Of a DNA stretch of 64,000 nt, positions 1 to 12,409 are shown one piece after another. The DNA lies in contig OY969695.1 of NCBI GenBank assembly GCA_963701965.1, positions 1,120,001-1,184,000 of the forward strand, in the 5' to 3' direction. Below the pieces are notes generated by a model. The model had not been told where the DNA came from and did no database searches. It was given only the letters and a program-made list of their open reading frames with translations. The translations under genes were made by a program, and so were the position numbers. Every line of letters starts with the position of its first letter. Position 1 is the first letter of the stretch. Origin of the DNA: an uncultured Gemmatimonadales bacterium (GTDB taxonomy: Bacteria; Gemmatimonadota; Gemmatimonadetes; Gemmatimonadales; Gemmatimonadaceae).

Positions 1-591
1 CGAGACCACCGCGACGTCGAGACCGGCGGCCGCGAACTTGGCCCCGGCTTCGGCGACGAATCCGGCCGTCGCCGGCGTGTACGGGTACGTCATGAGGCCG
101 TCGAAGCGGACGCCCGGCGTCCGCGCGACGTGCTGCGCCAAGTCCAGCGCGCGTTGGATCGACGTGACGCCCGTCCGGCGCGTGCCGCTGTCGAACTCCA
201 CGAGCACGCCAATCGGCGCGCCGGCGCCGGCGGCGCCTTGCGCGACCGTTTCGAGCGCCATCGTGCTATCAATGGCGACCCGCATCTTGGCGCGGCCGGC
301 GAGCTGCGCCAGGCGCCGCGCCTTCGCGGGCCCGATCAAGGGGTAGGAGAGCAAAATGTCGTCAAACCCCGCGTCGATCATCACCTCGGCCTCACCCAGT
401 TTCTGGCAGGTGATGCCCCGGGCCCCCAGTTCGCGCTGGCGCCGCGCGAATTGGGGCAGCTTGTGCGTCTTAATGTGTGGGCGAAGCGCGAGCCCCTTCG
501 CGTCGCAGTAGGCTTGCATCTTCGCCAGGTTTCGCTCGACCCGGTCGAGATCGATCACCGGTATGGGAGTGTCCAGCTCCTCAACGCGCAT
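1..591 (-). CDS. DSD1/D-threonine aldolase family PLP-dependent enzyme (alanine-racemase fold); 3' end runs off the window; missing from the ORF track
   Basis: Manual translation from ATG at 591: MRVEELDTPIPVIDLDRVERNLAKMQ...LRPHIKTHK...GITCQKLGEAEVM...VLVEFDSGTRRTGV; the RPHxKTHK PLP-lysine motif is present; overlaps the upstream stop by 11 nt. Confidence 0.88.
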   Translation of the reverse strand, partial: MRVEELDTPIPVIDLDRVERNLAKMQAYCDAKGLALRPHIKTHKLPQFARRQRELGARGITCQKLGEAEVMIDAGFDDILLSYPLIGPAKARRLAQLAGRAKMRVAIDSTMALETVAQGAAGAGAPIGVLVEFDSGTRRTGVTSIQRALDLAQHVARTPGVRFDGLMTYPYTPATAGFVAEAGAKFAAAGLDVAVVS

Positions 592-3574
592 CCAGTTTCC
601 GTCCGGCATTGAGATTGTCGAAGTTCAGGATCGTGTTGAAGACGAGGGCGTAGGTGCCGATCGTCTCCCCGCGATAGATCGGATTGTCGGCGAACAATAC
701 CACGTGGCCCTTCTCGACCGGCACGTCGACGACCACGGGGCGCTGCGCCAGGTCGCCGCCGCCCTCGAGCAGCCCGGACACCAGCAGACCGTGCTGATCG
801 TCAAAGCGCAGCGCGACGCGCGGACGCTGATCCGGCGGGATGATGTTGAGCGGCCGCTCCAGATCCTCTGTCATGATCGGCCTCGCCTGCCAGGGCTCGA
901 CCGCGGGCGCCGCAGGCGCCACGAAAGCGGTATCCAGCACCGGACGCCCTTGCGGCACGTCCGGATCATCCAGCGTACCGCGGCCGGTGGCCCGTCCGGT
1001 GTCCGAGGCGAAGCGACCAAAGCCGCCGGCATTCCGGGTATTGCTCACGCGGAAGCTCTCGCCATTCGCGCTATAGACGGCGAGATCATCGCGGACCCCG
1101 TACACGATCGGACTCGCCTCGTCGACGAGCTTCGTGCGCAAGAATGCTCCCGACGACGTGACCGCGGGGCGCCTGGCTCACGGTCACGCCCGCGGTCAGC
1201 CCGTACAATGTCGCCAGCTCGGCCGTGTTCTCCACGGCGACCAGCACACCGCCCTGGGCCACGAATTTTTGCAGGTTCACCAACCCGCCAAATCCCAACC
1301 CCGGCCGGAATGTCATCCGTCTCCGCGTACGTGCCAATGTTCGGGGTCAACGTCGAGTGCTTCCAGGGCATCGGATTGCGCCACATCGGCATGCCATCGA
1401 TGATCGCCGACACCCCGGCGTTGACGGGGGGAAAGAGGATCACGTCGTATTTCGCGTTCAGGTTCGGGCTCTTGGCGACGTCTTGCACGCTGATATAGTC
1501 GTACGGCAATCCGAGGAAGTCGAACGCCTCGCGCCACCACCCTTCCGTCTGCGTGCCGACCCACGTGTGCAGGATCGCGACGCGGGCCGCCCGCGCCGGA
1601 TGGGTTTTCACCGTCGGCGCCGCGGGCAACGCGGTGGCGGAGAGACCCAGATCCCGCGCCTCGCGATCCAGGTCCGCGGCGCGGACAATGAACGAACCGC
1701 GGGCGAACGTCTTCCCCGCCGCTGTGAACGGCTCCTCGGCCACCTGGATGTCCGCCGTCTTGAGCCGGTAGCGCAACATCGTGAGCGCGTTGTCGCCGTT
1801 GGCGTTGATGGCGAACACCGCGCCCGCGCCGGTCACGCCGCCCAGCGCCCGCACGGAATCGGTCACGGGATCCACCGGCACATCCAGGACCTTCACATCG
1901 GTGACCCGCACGGCCGCGGTGGCGAACACCTCGGGAAACGTCCATCCCGTGTCGTCATACGGCGTCTTCTGTGGATCGTTCGGGCTCCAATATTGATAGT
2001 CGAGGAGCGCATCGGCGATACGGGAATACGGCTGGTCCATCCGGACAATGTAGCTTCCGGCCGGGAACTGCCGCGTGGTGGGCGGTGCGGGGTGGGTCGC
2101 GGCGCTATCGGCCCCGCCTTTGCCCGTGTTGTCGGTCGCCGTTGCGGGGCCGGTGTGTCGGGGAGGGAATCATGACCGTGAACGGCGCCTTGGCCCGCGA
2201 TAGCTCGACGTGCTGGCGTTGCAACACCCTCAGCAGCTCGGCCTGCGCCCCGGGGCGCGGGTCGTCGGCGGGCAGGACATAGGCCGCCGGACCCTCCACA
2301 TGCGCTTTGCGCACGGACCGCTTGCTCTTCTCGTAGAAGTTCTTCAGGAACAAGTGCCGGTTGTCCGCGAAGTACGACAGCGACACCAGCAAACCCGTCT
2401 CTTCGTAGTTGTTGTTGTCGCGAATGGACCAACGCACGCGCGGGAGCGGCGGGTCCTGGCGGTACCACGTGCGCGACGTCTCATCGGCCGGCAGCGTGCG
2501 CTCCATCGTCTCCGGCGTGCCGCCGTTCCCGAATGTCTCGTACAGGCGGCTGATGCCATTGTGCGTCGCGGCCATGAACATGAGATAGCCCGGCGACCAC
2601 GTATCGTACTCGCCGTGGGTGAACACGCCCGGCATTCCGAACCGCGTCATCTCCTGCACGTTGTTCCAGCCCAGCATCTGCCATTCGTTCGTGAGCAGCG
2701 GGTCGACCCAGGCGTTGTACGGGCCGTCGCCGACCGTGTTGTCGTAGAGATAGGGCACTGACTCGTGCAGGTCGTGGAGCACCTGCGCCTTCCAATCGAC
2801 GTAGGTGTTGAGGACGTTCTGCGACAGCTTGAGCGTCATCGCCATCGCGTCGCGATTGTTGTCGTGCGCGACGTAGTGGCCCCAGTAGATCAAGTTCGGG
2901 TACGTCTCGTTCGGGTGGGCGAAGTGCCACCGGACCAGGTCCACCATCCGATCCCGTCCGTCCACTTCCACGATCGGCGTGATCAGCGTGATCAGGTGGT
3001 CACGGATGTTCTTGATGTACGGGCTCTCGTCCACGGCCAACCGGTACGCCAGCTCGGAGAGGGCCGTCGGCGCGCCCGACTCCGTGGAGTGGATCGCGCC
3101 GGTGATGTAGTAGACCGGCGTCGTCGAATCGACGAGAGCCGCCGCGCGGCGGTCGTCCAGGCCCAGCGTGCGCGGATCCGCCAACTGCGCGAGTCGCGCC
3201 CGGTTGGCATCGAGGCGGGCCATGAGCGACTCCGAGGCCACCGCGACGGCGATCATCTCCCGGCCTTCTTCCGTGCGGCCGATCGAGTACACGCGAACCC
3301 GCGGGGTCGCGGCCGCCAGGGCCCGCATGTAGGCGCCGATTTCCTTGGAGTCCGGCAACTTGGCCGGCGACCCCGCGATATCGCCGAAAACCCGGGCCGG
3401 CGAGGGTACCGTGGCCAATGCCGGCAAGTAGTCCACGAGCGGCGAGAGAAAAAACGGCTCGGTCGTATACTCGTGGATCTTCGCCGTGTACGCCGAGTCG
3501 ATCGGGCCTTGAGCGGCGAGGGCGGGGGCGCAGCACGCGACCCCGAGGAGGGACAGCCGGAGAGCACGCATCAT
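581..3574 (-). CDS. Secreted M14-family zinc carboxypeptidase-like protein, split by three apparent frameshifts (~2160, ~1310, ~1141)
   Basis: Signal peptide; GAIHSTE (HxxE), DNNRD and HDLHE motifs in ORF 2105-3619; protein continues across ORFs 1045-2040, 1086-1337 and 581-1141 (FPAGSYIVRMDQPYSR...GHVVLFADNPIYRGET). Confidence 0.82.
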
Positions 3575-4860
3575 GGACAGTATTGTATGCGCCAGATACC
3601 GTTGGGGACATGCTCCCACGCGTACTCGGGTTCTGGGACGTCGTCGCCATCGTCCTCGGTACCGTCATCGGCTCCGGTATCTTCATCGTGCCCGCCATCG
3701 TGCTCCGGCAGGTCGGCGGGCATCTCCCGCTGGCCTTGAGCATCTGGGCCGTGGCCGGCGTGCTCTCCCTCCTCGGCGCGATCACCTACGGGGAGCTGGG
3801 GGCCATGATGCCGGAAGCTGGCGGCATCTACGTGTACATCCGGGATGCGTATGGACGGTTTCCGGCCTTCCTGTACGGGTGGTCAATGTTCTTCGTGATC
3901 GCCAGCGGCTCGGTGGCCACACTGGCGGTGGCTTCGACGGGGTATCTCGGGCAGCTGATCCCGTTGACCCCCGGGGCCGCGCGAATCGTCCCGGTGATCC
4001 TGATCGCCGTGTCCGCCGCGCTGAACGTCCGGGGCACCCGTCTCAGCGCCCGGCTCCAGGGGTGGACCACGCTGATCAAGGGCGGCACCATCGTCGTCGC
4101 CAGCATCGCGTTGCTCGTCGCCGCCCATCCCGCTCCGGCGCCGACCGGTCCCCCGGCGCCATTCAGCCTGCTTTCGGCGGCGGGACTGGCCACCGTGGCC
4201 ACACTCTGGGCCTACGAGGGATGGCAGTACGTCACGTTTTCAGCCGGCGAAGTCAAGGATCCCCAGCGCACGTTTCCGCTCGGCATCGCCCTCGGCACCG
4301 GGGCGCTCGTGGTCCTTTACCTGCTGGCCAACGTGGCCTACGTGCGGACGCTGGGCGTCGCGGGCGTCGCCCGGTCCGACCGCGTGGCCGCGGACGCCGT
4401 CACGGCGGTGTTCGGCCCCCTGGCTGGCCGCGCCATGGCCGCGGTGGTGCTGCTGGCGGTGTTCAGCGCCGCCCACAGCGTGATCCTGACGGCGCCCCGC
4501 GTCTTTTACGCCATGGCCCGCGATGGCCTGTTCTTTCGGCGGCTCGCCGAAGTCCACCCGCGCTTCAACACGCCCGCCCTGGCCATCGTCACCGGCTCCC
4601 TGTGGGCGATGGTCCTCGCGGTCAGTGGCACGTACGAGCAACTCCTGACCTACGTCATTTTCGCCGCGTGGATTTTCTACGGATTGGGCGCGCTGAGCGT
4701 CTTCTGGTACCGCCGCCATCGGCCGGATGCCCCGCGGCCGTTCCGCGTACCCGGTTATCCGGTGACTCCGTTCCTGTTCATCGTGTCGGCCGGCGTGGTC
4801 GTGCTCAGCACGATCGTCACGCAGCCGTTGCGGGCGAGTATCGGCATCGGCATCGTGCTG

Positions 4861-6345
<1,485 letters not shown>

Positions 6346-6356
6346 ACGGGCGCGGG

Positions 6357-6373
6357 TGGACCAAAGGCCAATA
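6357..6373 (+). promoter_or_regulatory. Candidate regulator site, ACCAA-core motif copy 1 (TGGACCAAAGGCCAATA)
   Basis: Lies in the divergent intergenic region; similar to motifs at 8032-8048 (minus), 10566-10582 and 40901-40917. Confidence 0.4.
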
Positions 6374-6428
6374 TCCGCCTATGCCGTGGCCCTCCCACGC
6401 TTCACGTGTCCCTGCGAGGGTTACCCCC

Positions 6429-7601
6429 ATGGCGAATTCGCTGCTCGGCTCACTGATCGGCGCGGTCCGGCCGGACATGCTTACCCAGGCGTCCGCCGAT
6501 CTCGGTCTCCCTGACCACCAGGTGGCACACGGGTTGGAGACGAGCTTCGCGTCGATCGTGGCCGGCTTGGCCGCCAAGTCCGGGGATGCCGGCACCATGC
6601 GGCGCGTGTTCGAGATGGCCACCAGCGGCAACGCCAATAATTCGGGGCCCCAACTGCTCTCCGCGCTCTTCGGCGACCGGGCGGGCGCGGTTGGGAACAC
6701 GATCGCGCAGACGACCGGAATGAGCCCGGAGGCCGGGACATCGGTGCTCATGACCGCCGCGCCGATCGTGTTGGGGGTCCTCGGGTCGCAGGTGCACACG
6801 CACGGTTGGAACCTCTCCGGATTCGCCGACTGGATCGGCGGGCAACGCGACAACCTGCTGCGCAGCGCGCCGCCGGGGGTCCGCAACATCCTGGGGATTC
6901 GGGATCCGGTTGCCCAAGTGCCGGAGCCGCCAATGCCGACCGCCGCCCGACCGGGAGACGTGCCCCCTGCCCCGCGCGCGTCGCGGCTCTGGCTGTGGCC
7001 CCTCGCGGCGGCGGTCCTGCTCCTCGCCGTACTGTGGAACGTCTTGCGGCGGCCCACGACGCCCGAGACGGCGGCCGCGGGTGACGTGGCGCTCTCGACG
7101 CCCGCCACGCCTGCGGCGACGCCCGCCACGCCCGCGCCCACCGCGTTCGTCGACCTGTCGTTGCCGAACGGCCAAAGCGTGCACGTCCCGACCAACGGCA
7201 CCGAGGCGCGGCTCGTCGCGTACCTCGGCGACCCGAACATGGGTCACGGAATGGACACGACGTGGTTCGAGTTCGATCGATTGCACTTCAACAAGGGGGC
7301 ACCCACGCTCGACGCGGCGTCTGATCCGCAGCTCCACGACATGGCGACCATATTTGCGGCCTATCCCACGGTACACGCCACCATTGGCGGCTATACCGAC
7401 AACACCGGGGACGCCGACGCGAACCAACGCCTGTCGCAACAGCGCGCCTCGACGGTCGTGACCCAACTCGTGGCGTTGGGCGTCACTCCCGAGCGGCTCA
7501 CCGCCAAGGGATACGGCGCCGCGCATCCCGTGGCCGACAACGCCTCGGAAGCCGGCCGCGCGCAAAACCGGCGGATCGCGGTGCGCGTGACCGAACGCTA
7601 G
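6429..7601 (+). CDS. OmpA-family protein with N-terminal DUF937-like domain and a single TM segment
   Basis: C-terminal OmpA_C motifs IGGYTDNTG, NQRLSQQRA, GYG, GRAQNRRI; N-terminal LLSALFG...APIVLGVLG; Pro/Ala linker. Confidence 0.88.
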   Translation: MANSLLGSLIGAVRPDMLTQASADLGLPDHQVAHGLETSFASIVAGLAAKSGDAGTMRRVFEMATSGNANNSGPQLLSALFGDRAGAVGNTIAQTTGMSPEAGTSVLMTAAPIVLGVLGSQVHTHGWNLSGFADWIGGQRDNLLRSAPPGVRNILGIRDPVAQVPEPPMPTAARPGDVPPAPRASRLWLWPLAAAVLLLAVLWNVLRRPTTPETAAAGDVALSTPATPAATPATPAPTAFVDLSLPNGQSVHVPTNGTEARLVAYLGDPNMGHGMDTTWFEFDRLHFNKGAPTLDAASDPQLHDMATIFAAYPTVHATIGGYTDNTGDADANQRLSQQRASTVVTQLVALGVTPERLTAKGYGAAHPVADNASEAGRAQNRRIAVRVTER

Positions 7602-7983
7602 GGGTTCTGCGCGCGCCGGAGCGCCCGGCGCACCCGGACGATCAGTTCGCCCGTGTCGAACGGTTTGCGCAGGTAGCCCTCGGGTCCCGATCGCCGGGCC
7701 AGCTCGGCGGACGAGATCACGTCATACGCGGTCATGAGAATGATGGGGACCGTCGCGCCCTGTTCGCAGAGGAAGTCGGCCAACTCGAACCCGGACATGG
7801 CGCCGAGGTGCACGTCGAGGACCAGACACCCCATGGTCTCGGTCGCGGCCGCCGCCAGGTACTCCCGGGCCGACGCAAATGACTGGACGCACAATCCCTC
7901 GGCGCGCAAGCGGCGGGTCAGCGCCGTGCGCACCGAAGGATCATCGTCGACGACCGCAACCCAGTTGCCCAGCGAATGCTCAC
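7598..7983 (-). CDS. Single-domain response regulator (receiver); start uncertain
   Basis: VAVVDDDPSVR...CLVLDVHLGAMSG...IILMTA...YLRKPF; nearest RBS-preceded GTG (7983) is out of frame. Confidence 0.8.
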
Positions 7984-8007
7984 CGGATATCCCCTGCGGT
8001 GGAGAGC

Positions 8008-8694
8008 TTACCCGGCCAACTGGTTCTGAGCTATGAGACTTTGGTACCCGGCCTCCGGCGTCGCAGGGACGGAGCCATCGATCCCTAAGCGCTGCGCGAT
8101 ACGGACCAACTCGGCGAGCGAGTTGGCCTGCATCTTCTCCATGACGCGCCCGCGGTGGACTTTGATGGTCTTCTCGCGGGTACCGAGCTTGGCCGCGACT
8201 TGCTTGTTCAACATGCCCGTGACGACGAGCGCGAAGACTTCCCGCTCCCGCGTCGTGAGGGTCGTGAACCGCTCCGCGATCACAGCTTCCGCGGCGCGCG
8301 CTTGCCGCATCGTGAGATCGACCGCAACGGCGCGGCCGACCGCCTCCAGCAATTCCCGTTCGTCGATCGGTTTCGCCAGGAAGTCCACGGCGCCCTCTTT
8401 CATCGCGCGTACGCTCGTCGGGATATCGCCGTATCCCGACATGTAGATGATCGGCATGTCGTAGCCGGCGCTGCGGAGCAGCGCCCGCAGCTCGAGTCCG
8501 CTCAGGCCGGGCAGTCGCACGTCCATGAGAAAGCATCCGGGACGGTCGGGATCCGCGCGCTGCAGCATCTCGCCGAGGGACGCGAACGACTCCGCGCACC
8601 AACCCGCCGCGACCAGCAGCCGGCGCAGAGCGGTCCGCACCGATGCGTCATCATCCATGACCAGTACTACAGGGTGTCTGTTGATCATCACCAC
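8008..8694 (-). CDS. FixJ/NodW-family response regulator (REC plus LuxR HTH)
   Basis: DDDASVR, GCFLMDVRLPGLSG, GAVDFLAKP, LTTREREV...NKQVA...TIKVHRGRVMEKMQANSLAELV. Confidence 0.95.
   Translation of the reverse strand: MVMINRHPVVLVMDDDASVRTALRRLLVAAGWCAESFASLGEMLQRADPDRPGCFLMDVRLPGLSGLELRALLRSAGYDMPIIYMSGYGDIPTSVRAMKEGAVDFLAKPIDERELLEAVGRAVAVDLTMRQARAAEAVIAERFTTLTTREREVFALVVTGMLNKQVAAKLGTREKTIKVHRGRVMEKMQANSLAELVRIAQRLGIDGSVPATPEAGYQSLIAQNQLAG
8032..8048 (-). promoter_or_regulatory. Candidate regulator site, ACCAA-core motif copy 2 (GGTACCAAAGTCTCATA on minus strand)
   Basis: In the poorly conserved tail of the FixJ-like gene, about 50 nt upstream of the receiver gene. Confidence 0.4.
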
Positions 8695-10403
8695 GCCTCC
8701 GCGTCAGCGGGCAGACGGATGTGGAAGCTCGCACCACCGGTCTCGTTGTTCTCGGCCCACACCGATCCCCCATGCGCCTCGACGATGGTCCGCGAGATGG
8801 AGAGCCCGACGCCGAGCCCTCCCGGCTTGGTGGAATGAAAGGGCTTGAACAACCGGCCGGATTCGATATCGACGCCCGGGCCGGTATCCCGGACGGTCAG
8901 CAACACGTGCCCGTTCTCGAGACACCGCGTGCAGATCGTCACGCGGCGCTCGGCATTCGCCCCACTGTCGACCGCCTCCAGCGCGTTCAACATCAAGTTG
9001 AGCAGGACCTGTTGCAGCTGGACCCGGTCGGCGCGGATGGCGGGGATCGCCGCGTCGAGCTCGTGCGCGAGGGTGGCCCGACGGATCACCGCATCACTGG
9101 CCAGAAGCCGCGTGACCGTACGCACCACCTCGTTCACGTCGAGCGCGCTGACCGACGGCGTGCCGTCGCGCAAGAGTCCGCGCATGCGGTCGATGATCTC
9201 GGCCGCCCGCGTGGCATCGGCGACGATGTCATCGAGGATGCCCGGCATCTCGCTGTCCGCGCCTGGCGTCGCCGGGTGGTAGCGCAGGGCCGTCTGCGCG
9301 TTACTGCGGATCGCCGTCAACGGCTGGTTCAACTCGTGCGCGAGCGACGCCGTGAGACCACCCACCGTCGCGACGCGCGCCACGTGGGCGGCCTCGCGCC
9401 GCCGCTGATCGGCGTCGCGCTCCGCCCGCTTCCGCGCGGTCACGTCCAGCTGGGAGATCACGACCCCGCCCTCGGCCACCCGCAGGGGCGCCATCGCGAT
9501 CTCCCAGGTCACGTCGCAGCAGGTGTACTCGACGGGACGACCGGACCACTCGCCGCGCAGGGCCGCTTCCATGCGGTCCAGCGCGGCGGCCGCCGGCGCG
9601 CCGTCGGTCCATGCCGCCCGCCGCCGCCACGCGTCGAGGTAGTTGGCGCCCACGCCCAACATCCCGCCACACGTCGCGGAGAACCGTTGCCATGCCTCGT
9701 TGACACGGACGATGGTGCCGCACCGGTCGGTCACCGCCACCTGCGCGCCGAGCGAGTCCAAAACACCGGCCGATAACGCATCCGACCGGCGCCCTGCCTC
9801 AATGGCGGCGCGAACCCGCCACGCGCCAGCAACCGCCGCCGCGACCGCTTGCAGCCGGCGAACCTGCGCGTCCGCCCAATCGCGCTCGCGTCCGCTCGTG
9901 CTCAGCTCCAATCCCGCGACCACCCGCCCCTCGATGTCGAGCGGCACGAGCACACTCGACGTGTACGCGTGGCGCTCGTACGTCGCCCGATCAATCGCCG
10001 CAGCGGGCGGAAGGTCGTCCGGATGAAGGAACCGCACGACATCCCCACGCAGGAATCGCGCGCCGACGGTGGGAACGTCGTCGGCGCACAGGGAGGCGGG
10101 AAGCGGAGTCACACGATCGGTACACCAGCGGTGCGCGAAGACCATGCATCCATCGGGGCGCGGCGCTTCGATGATGCCGACCCGATCCGCATCGAACGCG
10201 CGCGCGATCCGCGGGAGTGCCCGGTCGATCTCGCGGTCGATCCGCGCGGCCGGGACCTGGGCCAGCGACGCACTCAAGTCGACGGCGACGGCGTCGACCT
10301 GACGCGCACGCCGTTGGGCGAGCCATCCCCGTAGCGATGGCTCCGTGACGCGCGCGGTGGAAGTCACCCTACCGTGCTCTGCTAAGACCGGCTGTCGCAT
10401 CAT
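8688..10403 (-). CDS. Cytoplasmic GAF-PAS sensor histidine kinase (FixL/NodV-like)
   Basis: GGLTASLAHELNQPLTAI; DRVQLQQVLLNLMLNA; DTGPGV; FHSTKPGGLGVGLSI; GAF and PAS-like N-terminal segments. Confidence 0.92.
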   Translation of the reverse strand: MMRQPVLAEHGRVTSTARVTEPSLRGWLAQRRARQVDAVAVDLSASLAQVPAARIDREIDRALPRIARAFDADRVGIIEAPRPDGCMVFAHRWCTDRVTPLPASLCADDVPTVGARFLRGDVVRFLHPDDLPPAAAIDRATYERHAYTSSVLVPLDIEGRVVAGLELSTSGRERDWADAQVRRLQAVAAAVAGAWRVRAAIEAGRRSDALSAGVLDSLGAQVAVTDRCGTIVRVNEAWQRFSATCGGMLGVGANYLDAWRRRAAWTDGAPAAAALDRMEAALRGEWSGRPVEYTCCDVTWEIAMAPLRVAEGGVVISQLDVTARKRAERDADQRRREAAHVARVATVGGLTASLAHELNQPLTAIRSNAQTALRYHPATPGADSEMPGILDDIVADATRAAEIIDRMRGLLRDGTPSVSALDVNEVVRTVTRLLASDAVIRRATLAHELDAAIPAIRADRVQLQQVLLNLMLNALEAVDSGANAERRVTICTRCLENGHVLLTVRDTGPGVDIESGRLFKPFHSTKPGGLGVGLSISRTIVEAHGGSVWAENNETGGASFHIRLPADAEAW

Positions 10404-10565
10404 CACCTCGGCACGGTCGCATAGGGCGTACGTCGCAGCCGCACGAACCGACTGATGTTGCTGAGCGATACACGCATTTACGCTATAAGCAACTCGCCGA
10501 CAATTCGCAACAGCTCTCGCGGCGATTTTTTGCACGAACGTGCAAAGCGGCGCGTGAGCCGACTC

Positions 10566-10589
10566 GGGACCAAGGTCTCATTGGTGCCC
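10566..10589 (+). promoter_or_regulatory. Candidate regulator site, ACCAA-core motif copy 3, part of an imperfect inverted repeat GGGACCAA-N7-TTGGTGCCC
   Basis: Divergent intergenic region between the kinase and the small ORF at 10606. Confidence 0.45.
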
Positions 10590-10605
10590 TGACCCACCGA
10601 CGGAT

Positions 10606-10983
10606 ATGATCCACGCCCACATGACGGACTGGGCACACATGCCACGGGAAAGGACGACGACGACGCGCACGGCAATGCTCGCCCCTGCAATGCGTATCAC
10701 ATGCACGAGGCCGCCAAATGTGACGGCTGGCGTTGTACTTCAATGTGCACTGGCGGCTCGACGCAATGGTGGATTGCACGCCGAGCGCGCCGCCCGCGCA
10801 ATGCACGCATTCTGCGCCGGCGCACACGCCCGTCAAATGCCGGTGTCGCCGCTCATCATCGCGATCAAACACGCGTGGCTGCGTTCGGCCGACGTGCAAC
10901 GGTTACCGCCCTCCGACGCGTGGGCGCTGCTGGATCGTCTCGTCACGTCGTGTATCACCGAATTCTATGCCGATCAACCGTAG
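10606..10983 (+). CDS. Small helical hypothetical protein
   Basis: Amphipathic C-terminus AMHAFCAGAHARQMPVSPLIIAIKHAW...LLDRLVTSCITEFY; fills the gap; start uncertain. Confidence 0.6.
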   Translation: MIHAHMTDWAHMPRERTTTTRTAMLAPAMRITCTRPPNVTAGVVLQCALAARRNGGLHAERAARAMHAFCAGAHARQMPVSPLIIAIKHAWLRSADVQRLPPSDAWALLDRLVTSCITEFYADQP

Positions 10984-11129
10984 CGATCTTTGGGCCGCTG
11001 CCCATGGCGTGATGCCATGGGCAGCCCCCTGATACAGCAGGCGTGCGCGACGTTGACTGGGTGCGCGGCGCCGAGTACGGTTCGCTATCGAACAGCCCAG
11101 CCCTGCATCCGGTAGCGCACCCGCCGCGA

Positions 11130-12403
11130 CGACCCGCGGTTTCTCGCATGCCTGGCGCGCTCTGCGGCACCCGAATTTTCGGCTGTTCTTCGGCGGCCAG
11201 AGCATCTCCCTGATCGGCACGTGGATGACGCGGATCGCCACGTCGTGGCTGGTCTACCGTCTCACACGTTCGGCGTTGCTGCTGGGCACCGTGAGCTTCG
11301 CCGGCCAGATCCCGACGTTTCTCCTGGCGCCATTCGCTGGCGTTCTCGTGGATCGCATGAATCGCCACCGGGTGCTCATCTGGACCCAGGCGGCCGCCAT
11401 GGTCCAGTCCCTCCTGCTGGCCGCGCTGACGCTCTCCCACCGCATCACGATCGGGGAAGTCCTGGCGCTGAGCGCGTTCCAGGGGATCATCAACGCCTTC
11501 GACATGCCGGCGCGCCAGTCGTTCCTCGTTCAGATGGTCGAGGACCGCCGCGACTTGTCGAATGCCATCGCCATCAACTCGTCGATGGTCAACGTGGCGC
11601 GCCTGATCGGCCCTTCCCTGGCCGGCCTGGTGATCGCCGCCAGCAACGAGGGCTGGTGCTTTTTGATTGACGGCGTCAGTTATGTCGCGGTCATTGTCTC
11701 GCTCCAGTTAATGCGGATCCCCCCTTTCCAGCTCGCGCGCGCGACCTCGACCATGGTCGAGCAGCTGCGGGAAGGGTGGGACTACGTCTCCACGTTCGCG
11801 CCGGTGCGGACCATCCTCGTCCTGTTCGCCATCGTGAGCCTGATGGGCATCCCCTACGTCGTGCTGATGCCGGTCTTTGCCGCCCAGGTGCTCCACGGCG
11901 GGGCCCATACCCTGGGGTTCCTCATGGGCGCCAGCGGCGTAGGCGCCGTCGTCTCGGCTTTCTCTTTGGTGTTGCGCAAGTCGGTGCGCGGCCTGACCAA
12001 AATGATTCCCATCGCGGCCGCCGTCTTCGGCACGAGTCTCATCCTGTTCGGACTCTCGCGCGCCCTGTGGCTGTCCCTCGTGCTCATGCTGGGGACCGGG
12101 TTCGGGATGATGCAGGGACTCACCGCCAGCAACACGATCATCCAGACGCTCGTACCGGACGACAAACGCGGCCGCGTGATGAGTTACTATATGGCGGCTT
12201 TCGTCGGCATGGCGCCCTTCGGAAGCCTGCTGGCGGGCGGTCTCGCGGACTGGATCGGCGCGCCGCGCACGGTGATGGTCACGGGATCGTGTTGCATCGC
12301 GGGCGCCATCTGGTTCTGGACCCGGCTTCCGGCCATACGAAAGGAAATGCGCCCGATCTACGAGCAGCTGGGTATCGTACCCCCACTCAACCCGGACCAT
12401 TGA
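11130..12403 (+). CDS. MFS transporter (MFS_3/DUF894-like); true start lies upstream of ATG 11225
   Basis: In-frame upstream sequence AWRALRHPNFRLFFGGQSISLIGTW precedes the ORF-track start; AGVLVDRMNRHR, NAFDMPARQ, DKRGRVMS motifs. Confidence 0.9.
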
Positions 12404-12409
12404 GACGAC

